A stretch of 59,116 bases of DNA, filler included, from Sphacelaria rigidula (taxonomy: Eukaryota): the NCBI GenBank assembly GCA_964200075.2. It is 10 parts of 10 records of this genome, joined end to end, with 100 filler letters (N's around TTAATTAATTAA, not from the genome) between each part and the next. Parts side by side here need not be neighbours in the genome. Positions count along the whole stretch, not along the records: positions 35,533 to 41,353 come from CAXNAA020024204.1; positions 41,454 to 47,274 come from CAXNAA020024205.1; positions 47,375 to 53,195 come from CAXNAA020024206.1; 7 more parts are not named here. The stretch is one strand, 5' to 3'. The notes beneath the pieces are model-generated. The model ran no database searches and was not told where the DNA came from. It was given only the letters and a program-made list of their open reading frames with translations. The position numbers and the translations under genes were made by a program. Of the stretch, positions 38,764 to 51,499 are shown one piece after another. The stretch's first letter is position 1; each line of letters opens with the position of its first letter.

Positions 38764-39241
38764 CTATCGAGACGACTTGGGCGCCGCCTGGAGGCCGCGA
38801 TTTCTCTGTAATGCATCCGGCAGGCCTCTGATTGACGCGGTGGCCACGGAGTGTGTCCCGCCCACGGCATTGTAGCCAGTACGGACATACCTGAACAGCG
38901 ACAAGGGTAGCAGGAGTAACGCAACGGGATGAGAGCACGACACACATGAATATACTGTATGCACTTTTTGAACATATGCCAAATATGCACTATATGCATC
39001 GACACATACGTGGCGGAATTGCGACAGAAGCAACGCACAAACCACAAAGTTTAGCGGGGGAGAAGGTCAGATGCTGGCAGAGGCGGCAACACTTGCATTA
39101 CATGACGCCGACAGATTACACGCGAAACCCGGACCCTGCGAAATACGTGGGGATGGCACACTGGCATCGTGCTGGCATTGTGCCTTACCGAGAACTGGTC
39201 GAAACAAGAGCATTGGTCAACATACGGGCGATGAAAACAAC

Positions 39242-39286
<45 letters not shown>

Positions 39287-41001
39287 TCGGCCCTTCCACC
39301 GGCCAGTGAAAAACGGATGCACAAGAAAACGAACCAGAGTGAGCTGAACCAAGCGACTATTGTGCGTGAATCACCGAATCATATACCACCGCAACAAAAT
39401 AGCCATTGCGAATCACACACCAACGCGCGACGAAACAGCATACAACATAGGTACTAGACAAACAACATAGGACTAGACAAATACTGCACAAAACGGAGAG
39501 GCGCGGGTCTCACTTCCCGCGAGACGAAGACGGCACGCTGGCACTTCGGAAGCTTTGAGGAGCGCCGGCGGGTACCGTCTTGAAGCCCAACGCCCTCTGT
39601 AAGCGAGTGCTAGATCCCTCCAGGCCGTCCCTCGTCTCAACGGCGACTGCTTGCGCTGCCTTGGGGACACTCGGCATGGTGCACGCTTGACCAGCGACAG
39701 TAACGCGAGGTGAGACAAGAGATCGGCGGGGGATAAACGAAAATCATCTGGTTGTGTGCTGAGTTCGTGGAAGGAGGCTTGAGCGGGAGGTCGGGTGGCT
39801 ATGATACCAATATGGTATGAGGGATGACACTGATGACACTATATGATGGCGTGTGTACAGGAATATGAGAGAGACGTGAACACACGCAAGGCATTGGCGA
39901 GCATACGCAAGGCATTGGCGAGCAACCGCGAAGCAGGTTTCAGTGCCACTGACAAGCAAGGAGCATCAAGCGCATCCACACAAGAGATGATGGGGTTCGT
40001 GAAAAGAGGAGCTACCCCCGAAAACGTCCCGTAAAAGCGAAAGTAACCGAAAGTAAGCTGACAAGGGCAAAGGCTGACCGACACCTTGAACACCAAGGCA
40101 GGTTACGTATTTCACGCACACATGTTTTATAACAGTGTCTAGGAGTGAAATATGGTGTTACTGTCGACAACGTACGAAGAGAGCCCGCGGCTTACCCATC
40201 TAGGTCACACCACATCCTGATTTGTTGCAGATAAGAGACTACTCACCTGTTCTTCGGCGTCAAGGGGGAGGGAAACGATCAAGCATTCCTTCAATCATGG
40301 TATCACATAGTTGACGGCAGAATTTTATGGACTTGACGCTTCGACAAGCCAACAACCTCATCGGGTGAACTAACCTTCTTGACTCAAATGATTCATGCTG
40401 GCATATTTTTCGCCACTCTATCCAAGCCCTAGACGGACCAACTCATGATCAACGGGCGAAAAACTTACACTATATACACTCCAGAGCGTGACAAGCAGCA
40501 GAACCGACGCAACATGCATCTTCGACTCCAAACTTTTACCCCAAAGCTCAGCAATCACCGCTAGTAAGTCACTCCAACATTTCGAATCTCACCCCCCTCC
40601 TCCTTGGAGCTCTTGCCAACCCGCTCCATGCCTGCATCCCTCCCGCGCCCGACAGGCCGGACAGCATTCGGCGAATCCCACCTCCCCGCCAAGCCCCCAA
40701 GCAATGCTGATCTGGGTCCCTTGTCAGAGCTCGAAGAGACCAAATCCTCCTCCTTCTCCTCCTCCTCCTCCTCCTCTTCGTCATCGTCATCGTCCTCTAG
40801 AGAAATATAACCCGCGGCGGGTGGCCTTACTGTTTGGCGCCGGATGCCGACGTCGCTCTTGTCCCTGCTAACGCGCGCGCGCTTTTTGGAGTTGGCATCT
40901 TCTGTGCGGTGCAGTGAACGGCCGGATGGGGAGCTGCACGTGTCTCGTCGCTTCTTTGATTCGGATGTTGCCTTCGCGAGTGCTGCTTTTAGTCGATGCA
41001 C
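38764..41001 (-). CDS. 3' exons (41001-40593, 39685-39514, 38890-38764) of a TRAIP-like protein
   Basis: Phase-consistent (1, 2) splicing gives a coiled-coil end, an acidic tract and ..RGK|YVRTGYNAVGGTHSV..TAG, resembling the TRAIP C-terminal RTGFDGLGG motif. The RING domain is not in the contig. Confidence 0.6.
39245..39285. repeat. (GT)n microsatellite
   Basis: Direct reading. Confidence 0.95.
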
Positions 41002-42169
41002 CTGAGAATGCATGGGTGTATCGTGGAGGGGGGTGTCCTCAAGGGTGGATCAGTAGAGGTGTAGCACAACCAAACGAGTAACTACCACTGCTGCACCGTA
41101 GGATAAAATCCCCCAAACAAACAGCTATGAACAGGTACGGGATATGTCCTCATCACCAGTAAGGTCCGCATTGTTGAAGACAAAATTTCACAGCACCAAC
41201 ACCGTTGTTTTCGCTACACAGCATTCGGTGCCGCACTAGCGTGGAAATCACGCCACGAGTCGCCTGCCCCCACCCCCCCGTCTCGAAAGGGATGCGTGGG
41301 CAATGGTCAAATGACTAAGGCAAGCAACAAAAAAGTACACCCCCCCCCCCCCCNNNNNNNNNNNNNNNNNNNNNNNNNNNNNNNNNNNNNNNNNNNNTTA
41401 ATTAATTAANNNNNNNNNNNNNNNNNNNNNNNNNNNNNNNNNNNNNNNNNNNNGAGGCGTCTGGCCCGGGGACGGGAGGGGAGGGTTCCCAAAGGGTTAA
41501 CAGCACACTTCAAATAATCTGGATAAAGTGGAGTCCTCATCACTAGTTCCACTTAAACGTCAATCTAGTTTAATTGCCAGTACAAACTGGCCCAGTTCAC
41601 AGCCCTAGTCAAAATCATAGCCAATATAATTATAATCTTCCGGGGGGGGGGGTCTAGTTTCGTTTTTTTCACTCCTCCCTTTTGGTGTTTTGTTTTTTCT
41701 TACATACAAAACAAAAAGTGAAAATCGTTCCAGGATTGCGGGTACGAACATTGAGCAAAAGTGACGGTCTGATTGCAATCATCACAGTCGGAAATATGTA
41801 GTTTTGTAATATTGCTAAGAATTTATAATGAAGAAACGTTGTCATACGTACGCACCACGAGCAGAAAAAAAGGTCTGCATGGATCAGCAGCTGAACCCAC
41901 GCAACTGTGTGTGTTGGGCTCCGCGTCTACCGCTGATCTACATTACTAGTGCATTCGTAACTCTTACCCGCGAGATTTCTTCGCTTGCTCAGTGGACACA
42001 TTCTGTCTCCACATTATCAGACGTTGATCTCATCCTCGGCTTGTTCCGTCCATGATTGAGAGCAAAATCAGCGTCGACGTTCCCTTTTCATTTGGTGCAG
42101 TATTAGTTTTGGTATTCATGTTCATCTTGCCCGCCTTTTGACGTCGAAACATAAACAAACACACAGTCA

Positions 42170-42880
42170 CAATAGAGGTATTTCAAACTCGGCTCCCGGT
42201 ATCCTGGTTTGTTTCGTTCCATTTTTTCAAGTGACAGTGATGGCGATTCATCAGATGATGAGACCCTTTGACCGCCAGGTCAGGTTCTCTCATGAATCGC
42301 GATCACTTTCGCTCGAAAAAATAGTACACAGCTCAGAGCCAGCGAATAAACCATGATACCCGGTGCCGACTTTGAGATACCTCGATACCTCCAATATGGC
42401 CGGATGTCAAATGACAGATATTTGACCCACGGATTGTTCTCTTTTGGGACGTCTGTCCCACTTTTTGACCTCCAAACAGGAGAAATCGCCAACGCACGTC
42501 TCGAACACTTTGCATCACCCCACAGAGAGGAGCCTAGCCAGCCTACTTTTCAGATTCGATTGGCTCCGAGGTTTCGAGATTGGCCGCTGAACAAAAACTC
42601 GTGTGCAATAATCTGGGCTTGCCAACATGGACGGCAGTATGCCCAATAATCTGTGGAGATCGCCGCAGGTGTAGATTTTATTGCATACGGATTATTGATC
42701 GTTGTTTTTTTTTAGCGGCCACTCTCGAAACGTTGGAGCCAAGCAAATCTGAATCTGAAAAGTAGGCTAGGCTCCTATCTGCGGGGCGAGTTTCCTTGTT
42801 TAAGGGGTCAAAAAGTGGGTCAAACGCCTCAAAAGTGAACAATCTGTGGACCAAATATCTGTGTTACACAACATCCGGCC
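42170..42880. mobile_element. Composite or nested foldback element
   Basis: Inverted pairs: 42172-42217 with 42343-42387; 42398-42490 with 42786-42880; inner 42518-42600 with 42700-42787 (GGAGCCTAGCC...GGCTAGGCTCC). Confidence 0.75.
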
Positions 42881-44589
42881 TAACACGCTCACACTCACGC
42901 ACATACCAATGCAGATCCCAAAGTTCGAGGACAATAGATGCTGATCCACCCGATTTTCGTACTCGCTATCTTCGTGTTCAGTTTCGCTCCCATCGCTCTC
43001 CACCAGCGGAGATGCACATCCTGAAAGTGATGATATGCTCTCGGTAGCTTCCCTGTCCGCTGTTGATACCATCACGTCAACCGGATTACTAATAATTGTG
43101 ACAGATGGGGGTGGGTGTGCCGGTCGTGTTGCACCCGTGCCGACCGTAGCTTTTTTTTTTCTTCATATTTATCGGAAGACAATTTTGTGCCTACATTCTG
43201 TTCTACACTGTACGTTGTACGTTGTACATTGCTACATTGCTACCTTGCCAAGGTGGAAAAATGAAGAATGCACTATCATGGGGCGCGGAATCTTTGATGA
43301 CGGATTCGAAGCCCACTGCCATGGGGCATATCGACATTTCCATCTTCACCTCGTACGTGTACATATACATGTACATATTCCGGCACCTCCACTCACGTGC
43401 GGTAGGAATCTTCATCATGCTCACACACATCTGAAACTCGTGACGAACACATGTTGTGGAGTATTTGAGTAGTCCTATTTGTCCCGCATGAACCCGAGGG
43501 TGGAGAACATATGCAGTACAGACATGTAGCGCGCATTACCCATGGGAGAAAAATACGCGTGATACAGGCCCCATGAACATGAAATGACAGAATTCAACTC
43601 TTTGCCGAGTGTTGGTCCCACATTCACCCGAGGGTGGATAACATATAACATATTGTGCAGTGCAGGCATCTTGCGCGCATTAGAGGTTGGAGAAAAGTAC
43701 GCATGGTTCAGGGCCCATGACTTCAGATTAATAAACCTGCATGACTTGTAGGTCCCGCATTAATCCGAAGGTGGGAACCATATACGGGCGCTCACGTCGA
43801 ACTGTCACACATGGCATACATGTACAAGTCATTCACGCCTTATTTCATGAAGAAGGGTTGGCCGTATGAATCACAAATGATGTACGAACCGTATGATTTT
43901 TTCGTTGAAATGATGACTCTGAGTTGACTCACGAATTGATTTGCCTAACCGTGATCAAATGAATCAACCCCTGGGCTGTCGGTCGCTCTCATTCTCATTG
44001 TCACAATGCCATTCTCCTCCTTTTATGACGTACGTGTGCGTGACAACTTCCACCTATCCTTTTTTTTTCAACTCATACCTGGTATAATTTTAGAACGTTC
44101 GGATCGAAAAATGAACGATGACTAACGGGACAGGATGGACTTCACCCCGTGGGACACATGCCTCAAAACTGCAGCCAACTAAGTAACAGTGTTGGGGTAT
44201 TGTATTGGAAGAGTTGGTGTAAAAAAGCAGCCTTGACGGCGTGTCGCGTCGCGTCTCGCCTGCTTCCTGCTTCCCGCATGAAGAACGCATGTGCTACGTA
44301 AGGAAGTGAGCTATGAAGAGATGGTGCAGACGTTGGTTCAGTCAAGATCATGTGTTACCGATTATGTCGCTTTTCTATATATACAGTACAGTAGTGTGTC
44401 GCGGTACTGCGCGCACCTTTTTATTTATCCCCACCATTTTTCTCGAGTTTACGTTAGTTGGCGAGTGTTTTTGTTTTACATGTGTTTCTCCTCTAGGTAC
44501 GTATGTACATCCTTTGTATATGTTGTGACTGCCGTAAGAAATAAAACAAAATAAACTTTTTTTTTTTTTTTTTGCGTCTGTGTACATTT

Positions 44590-44755
44590 TTCTGGGTCCG
44601 ATTTTATTTTTTGATGTCCTTTCACCCTACTTTAGGGTAGGTAGCCTATGACCACGGAAGGCGTCCGCATCAGATGCCCAGCCAGTACGGAGTACTGCGC
44701 AGATATCGGAACGGTTTTTAATGTGAAGACAACAACAACAACAACAACAACAACA
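44590..44755 (+). mobile_element. Retroposon-like 3' end with (CAA)n tail
   Basis: A GC-richer segment ends in ~9 CAA units after a T-rich stretch. Confidence 0.45.
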
Positions 44756-44853
44756 TTGGATTGGTTTCAGAGTCATCAGTTCATGTTCGGCAATGAAATC
44801 AAGGATTAAATCGAGATGAAATGAATTTGAGATTAGATTAACATAAACTTAAC

Positions 44854-45873
44854 CAGGGTTATACACGTTACACGTTCACGTTCGCGTTACGTTCATGACG
44901 TTAGTAAAATTTCAACGTTCACTTTACGTATCGTTTGGCGCGTTGAAAAAAAGTTACGTTAACGTTTCATATGAAAATTTAACGTTACGTTCACGTTATG
45001 TTCATCACGTGGAAAAAAAAATAACGCTACGTTTCGTTACATGATATGAAACGTTTCATGGAACGTGTAACGTGCAATTTAACGTTTCATTTTATGCATG
45101 TCGCGATTCATTCACCAGTGTTTGACCCTTAGACCCTTAGACCGTGATGCAGGTAGTCCATCTGGATCACCCATATTTTCAAGTGAAATTGATGCCAATT
45201 CAGCAGGTGACCTACCCTCGCGGTCAAGGGTTAAGGTGCTGTACGTGTCGTGTAACGCGTGACATTACCATGTACATGACGCTGACGGTGGCCCGTCGTA
45301 CGTTTGGGCGTAGGCGCATTATCTGATTGTGTACTGTTGCTTTTTCTTGCACTGCAATACTGTGTTCGCGGCTACAGCCTGTACTTGTAACCTTGCACTA
45401 CTGTGCTTGAAAAGTACAGCCTGTAGTCGTGAACACAGTCGTACAAGGTTACAAGTACAGCCTGTGCTTGTAATGTACTGTTGGCAAAATATACGGCCTG
45501 TACTTGTATCGTTGTACAGTACTTACTTTGTCTTCTAGGATGTCAAAATTCATTGCAACCTTGAAGTATGCACCGCTTCATGTAAGAGTGTCGATGGCGT
45601 TTCATGTAACGTGTAACGTCTAATGCATGTAATGCCTAATGCACGTGTTCCATGAAACGTTTTACGTCACGTGTTTTGAACGCTTTGACAATTCAACGTT
45701 CACGTTACGTTTCGTTTGGCACGTGAAAAATTAACGTCACGTGAACGTTTCATTTGAAACTTTAACGTTACGTTCACGTTACGCTCATCACATAAATACA
45801 TTCAACGCTTGCGTTATTTTTCGGCCACAACGCATCGTGTAACGTTGTGGCACGTGTGACGTGTAGATCCCTG
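44854..45873. mobile_element. hAT-like non-autonomous element with ACGT-rich subterminal arrays
   Basis: CAGGGTTATACACG...CGTGTAGATCCCTG, with dozens of AACGT/CACGT motifs. The 8-bp flanks match only 5/8. Confidence 0.7.
45126..45234. mobile_element. Short piggyBac-like MITE; second copy at 45888-45993
   Basis: CCCTT(A)GACCG...CGCGGTCAAGGG followed by TTAA on the right side. Confidence 0.5.
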
Positions 45874-46267
45874 AAATTAGAATAAACCCCCTTTGATCCC
45901 AACAGTAGATCATCTGGTCATGCACTAATTTTTGAAGTGAATTTGATGCTGATTCAACAGATGACCTACATACTGTATGCTCGCGGTCAAAGGGATGAGT
46001 TGAGATTACTTGATCAACTTAGCTCAGCTTAGCTATGCTTTGCTTTGCTTTGCTTTGCTTTGCTTTGCTTGTTTTGTTTTGTTTTGTTTTTGTTCCATTT
46101 TTGTATTTTTTTCATTTATTGTTTTTATTCTTCATTCATTTTTATTTTTTTCACTCAGGATCGGCGCAGGTCGTTAGTTCGTGGAGACACAACGCACGCA
46201 CACGCGCGCATACACACACCTATTTTGAGAGTGCACTGCGCTATGTTACATGCCATTCCGCGTGCAG

Positions 46268-46381
46268 GGCGAGCTGCCGCCTACAATCAACTACGAAAAC
46301 CCGGACTCTGAGTGCGACCTGCGAATCTTTGGAGAGAAGATCAAGGTGGATCGAGTAAAAGGAGCGCTCAGTTCGAACTTG
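46268..46381 (+). CDS. fabF: Exon of 3-oxoacyl-ACP synthase II (KAS II)
   Basis: CAG|GELPPTINYENPDSECDLRIFGEKIKVDRVKGALSSNL|GTGAGT, the PPTIN..PD.ECDL..ALSN motif that precedes GFGG. Confidence 0.85.
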
Positions 46382-47374
46382 GTGAGTGACGTGAAGACTG
46401 CGGATAATTTGGGGCTGAGGGCAGGAAGTAGGGGGCGAGTTAATAGGGACCCGCGTCGATAGCCAGTGCATCGGCGGCGAGCCTTCATTTAAATAATGTT
46501 TTTTTTAATATACTCCGGAGTTGGCGTCACTTTCAATCGAAGAATGTATATTCGGAGTCAAACATTTGACCGCCTTCCAAGTGGGACTGACTTACTTAGC
46601 CTTGAGGTGAACTTACCACCCACCTACTGGGGGAGTAGTCGGTGCAAACGTCGAGGCATACTGCCGGAAAAATGAACCCCCGCCTGGAGAGGAAATCGTT
46701 TTGAATAAAACGGGAACCACACCACTGTACTACACACTGCAGAGTGGGTATACGGTTGTACATTTTCTTTCCAAGGCTCTTTACCTTGGAAACCTCACGA
46801 TGACAAACATCCATGGTTCGGACGAATCATCGCCGGTTCGAATCACCAAATCCACGAGTTTCCAGGCCTGGTTGCTCGAAAGAGAGAAAAAAGTTGACCG
46901 CTAGTCGACAAGGTCTCCACGCAATTCCTTCGCCATTCCACGTTCCTGGGCTGAGCGTTCCTGGGTTGCAGCGCTGAAAACAAAGCCTGAGGGTTGATTC
47001 GTACGGCACGAATCAGTTACACCAAAATCAAGTCATTTGCGGACGAATCGTTATTTCTTCCGACCGTTGCAAACATGTGGGCCTTCGTGTGTAGGTTCAG
47101 ATAATACTTTTCGACTAAAAAGTGCACCCCTCTTACCGTAGGATCACTCACTCTGCATGTGTCCATTTTGTTGTGACACTAACCGACACTTTCTACGACT
47201 CCCCCCCCCCCCCCCCCCCCAACCCCCCCCTTGGCCCACACCACACCACTCAGCGGAATGACCGCGTCGTAGAGNNNNNNNNNNNNNNNNNNNNNNNNNN
47301 NNNNNNNNNNNNNNNNNNTTAATTAATTAANNNNNNNNNNNNNNNNNNNNNNNNNNNNNNNNNNNNNNNNNNNN

Positions 47375-49557
47375 CGTTGTCACAAGTTGTAGACGCTCAG
47401 TCACTGATGAAAAGTCCGCGGTCTTCGGATGGTTTTGCTGGGTGCTTTTGTTCAGCATGCAGGTGTCACACGAAGAAAGTGAACCTGTAAACTTGACACC
47501 CATCTCAGGTGTATTCACGATACGACGTATAACTGGTTCAGTTGGATGACCCAGGCGCTTATGCCATATTTCTGCACTCACAGTGGTTGAAAGAGCCGCG
47601 GGGTCGTCCTCGGTGGCCATAGCTGTAAATGCTGTCCCTTGACCCATGCAGTCTCCAGAAACCACCTCAGCTGTAAACCTAGACCCGGAGTTGGTGCGGA
47701 AGGTCTTCTGATCCCGAACAATTTTCATGGAAGTGTGGCGTACCGGAATTGTCGGTCCGGATAGGAATTTTGAAGCTTCCAAGATCCACGTGAGAATTTA
47801 CCGAAAATATAGTTGATCCTCCTTTCAGTAATGCTTCGACAGGTGGGAAGAGATGTTTGCCAAGGCCCGGCACAATGATAGCCGGAAGGCGGACGGAGTG
47901 CTGGTTGCCCTGCTGATCACAGACGATGGAGTGGAGGACACCTTTTCCCGTTCCGCAAAGTAGATGACGGCCTGCTGTCAGAATTTTCATGGGAGGATCG
48001 AGTTTTACATAGTCAAACATCTCCGCTTCAATATTCGGCAGTAGTTGATTGTCGATGTAGTGATGGCTGGCCCCGGAATCACATACCATTTTGAATGATA
48101 TGGAAACCGGTGGCCGAGTGTTGACCCTGTCCTCAGGATCAGCAAAAAAGGTGTGGCCTATGCCACTCGGTGGCGAGCATGAATCGGTCACTGTTAAGGA
48201 TGAAGGTCCGCTGGTATCTTGAGCTTGGTGATTCGGAGGAATAGTCGCGGACGTCGTTGTTGATGGAGTGCTTGATGCAGGATCCATGGTGACGGTGTTG
48301 GCTTGATTCGGATGACTGGAGATGTTGCTTGCTCTGGGACCGGAATTATTGTAGTTGCTGCTGGAGCGGCTGTTGTTGTGGCGGGTGTGTTGACGACGAC
48401 GATCGTTGTTTCCACCATGATGACTGTGGTTTCCGACCGTATTTCCATTGTTTATTTGGTTCTTACATTCACTATTGTCATGTTTGTCCGTTCGGTGCAG
48501 ACCACACCATTTAACAGACCTGCCGCTACTGTTGGACTGTCTTTTGGAACGAGAGTCTCGCATATGGTGACCAGGCTTACCACAGGAAAAACATTTTCCC
48601 GCGAATCGTGTAGGAGTTGAAGAATTATTAGTTGATGATGTCGCTATCATGGCAGAATCTCGACCGCGTACTCCTTTCGACAAAATTCCGCGTGCGAAGC
48701 GATTGGAATACATATTCCTCATTGTCACTTCGATGTCGGAGATGCTGAAGTCAGGATCGCGCTCCGCATCATACTTGATCCGATCATATTCATCTGACAA
48801 ACCTCCCACCACGATGTCCGTAAGTCTTTCATCTGATATGGGCTCACCCATTAATACCAGTTGATCACGAAGTTCGTAGATCTTGGTCAGGAAAACGTCA
48901 GGATCTTGTGCAGGTGACATTTTGATGTTGTCAAGCTGAAGCATAAGAATACGCCGCCTTTGCTTCGAGGAGTTTTCATATTTGCCGACTAGTGCCTCCC
49001 CAGCAATTTTGCCATTCGGTCGTGCGTGGCCCTTCGGCTTGAAGCGTAGAAGAAAACTGCCCGCTGGGCCTGAAGTTGTCAAGTAAAGAATATTGAACAA
49101 CTGTTCATTACAGCGATCCCAATTCTCAATTTCAGATCTGTTGGCCACAATTCTCACATGAGTGTCCTCCTGGGATAAGTCCACTCCGCCACCAGCCGGG
49201 TCCTGAACTGCATCTCGTGTTACTGGATCTCTTGGTTCTGCTGCCTCTTCTGATGAAGACGGTGGAGTTCCTCGGGAGCGGGTGTGTGGCGGCGTTGATC
49301 TTGATGTTGGTCACAATCGGAGGTGATTGAGCACCCTGAATGTGCTCCACGTCATCAAATATTACCGCGGGACGTGTACTCCCATTCATAATATCTGACA
49401 CCCCTGGGTGTGTCAGGGAAATCATTGCGCGCGTACTGCGCTTCCATTCGAGGAAAGTAGTTCCGTCAAATTTCCTGATGCTCCTGATACGTTGTGCAAC
49501 AGATGGCTCTCCCTGACTGTTCATCTTGTTGCAAGAATGTGTGAATGTTAACCACAC
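47375..49557 (-). pseudogene. copia gag-protease-GAG-pre-integrase, frameshifted near 49150 and 47720
   Basis: KFDGTTFLEWK; UBN2-type gag; knuckle CFSCGKPGHHMRDS (last Cys lost); protease DSGASHH; WHKRLGH..CDTC. Confidence 0.9.
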
Positions 49558-49721
49558 CTAAAACCTTGGGTAATTTAAATAATATTAAGGCTTGACACTT
49601 TTCACTTTTCTGATGCACTGACAACCTTGATGGGAAGTCCCTTCGCTGGTGCTGACCGATGTAGTCTCAAGTCGAAGGTTGATGACCTGATGACCTGGTC
49701 ACGAATCGAAGGCTCATAGAC

Positions 49722-50298
49722 TGCTGGAAGAATTCGTGTCCGTGGCACCGTCCGTACGACAGACCGACTACTGTTCAGCGAACAGTAGTAGCAGAGGTTG
49801 CACCCTGATCGTGAAATGAGTTGCGTCTGCAGCTCAGAATAAATCAGTGAGACAAATAGTTGATTGGGCGCTTATTGGGCCAAGAAAAGCAGAAATACAC
49901 AGTTCCTTCAGAAAGCAGGAACTGGGGTGTTGAAGGAGAGTGACCTTGGAGGGCGATGAAAACCACCAGCTCCGTCCCTCAATCCCTGGAACCAAAAAGC
50001 AAAGCGCTACACGTACGTGACCAAACGCTGCCATGTCACTTGCGTGGAAGAGTGCCAGCTCATAGACTAGATCCTTACTCAAGCTACGGCACTAACAAAC
50101 ACTGGAAGTACACTGTCGTATCCTACGAGCTTACGTGGTCAGATTTATAGGATATATAACTCAAGGATCCATACACAAAAAGGTGCTTGTACCCGGGATA
50201 TCCCGCGCTACTTGAACCGTGACTAGTTGTCCCGCTAAGTTGCTACGAGAGTAAAAACTCACACAAAACAAGCAGCTAGGCTGTACAGATTTCCAACA
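49722..50298 (-). repeat. Single LTR, 577 bp
   Basis: TGTTGGAA...TTCCAGCA, preceded by PPT AAGGGGGAG (50307-50299) and followed by GTCTATGAGCC (49721-49711), which resembles the GGTTATG.GCC half-tRNA-Met PBS. Confidence 0.9.
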
Positions 50299-51499
50299 CT
50301 CCCCCTTGAGTTGTACGTTGCTTAGCAATTCAGTCCTAAAAAAAAATGTAGACTAGACAAAAGGTAGCTATATATACTGCGATGCGCTGATGTATAAAAG
50401 GTCAGCTGTGCAGTGCAATCAAGTCAAATCAAGAATCAATCGAGGAACTTGAGCTCGGGGTGCTGATTACAAAATCAGTCCGCTCTTTTTTCAACTGCAC
50501 AGGTATTGTTTCAAGAAACACCTTCTACCACGAAATTTCATGTACACACACACATTCGGACTAATTGTGTGGCATAAAAAAATTGAAGCCTGTATTAGGC
50601 TCAAAAACGATTTCCCGTAGTATGCTACTGCTCGGGTAGAATTGTTTTGTTTCCATGTGCAGCCTTCCTGTATACAAATAAAAGAAATAAATTCTCATGA
50701 GATAACTCCTGACTATAGTACCTGTATATTGCCCGAGTTTAGAAATAAACCCATGTTCATGATTCAAGGTGCAATTTGTGCATCCAAATCTCTCCCGTAC
50801 TTGAGTCTAACGGGCAACGATGATGACCCCGATACTTGAATTAATCGTGAGGTCAGTTGGTCGTGTAACCTCTTCGTGATTAAAACATCAAATTCATCTG
50901 GGGTCTCATTGATCCAACCTTTAACTAAAACGTTGAGCACTCTCAGGTCCAGGAAAAAATGAATGTCTGCCATAAAAACAGTTGCCTGAGGGAACTCAGA
51001 AAATCGAAGATGGTTGGATATTCACGTTCATCGAATAGTCCGAAGCGTCGGAGATCTGCGACCATTCGACCATTCTCCGTCTGTCCCTCCAGCTCTGACC
51101 TGGAACGCCAACATGCTGGAGGTGATCCTTCCTGCACCTCCAGTCAATTGTTGTTCCTGAAATCGTTCGTCTTGATCCGTTGTCGGCTGTGCTTAGTTGA
51201 GCCCTAGCGCGTGGTGTGACACCATGAATACTCGTCGCTTGTAGGCGAGAGTTGCGGTTGTTATGGTATCTCACGTGTTGGCGCATGTTACGAGAGTCTC
51301 TCCCACGGTAGTTGGTGTTGTTGTTGTTGCTGGTGAAGGTGTTGCGAGGCGTACTCATGATGTTAAAGAAACGGGTGTAACGGGAAGAAGTAATGGTGCC
51401 CGGAGTTGGTGATGGAGATGAGAGAAGTTGGGGAGTTGAGAAGTTGGGGATCGATGGGGGCGATGTAGAGCCCGGCCTGTGGTGTAGAAATGTGCTCGC

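Noticed and set aside
40247..40288. Extra exon of the TRAIP-like gene (strong GTGAGT donor)
   Set aside because: Gives an in-frame TGA in the phase required by the flanking exons.
42900..43450. piggyBac transposase N-terminus (acidic stretch)
   Set aside because: No catalytic motifs recognisable; evidence insufficient.
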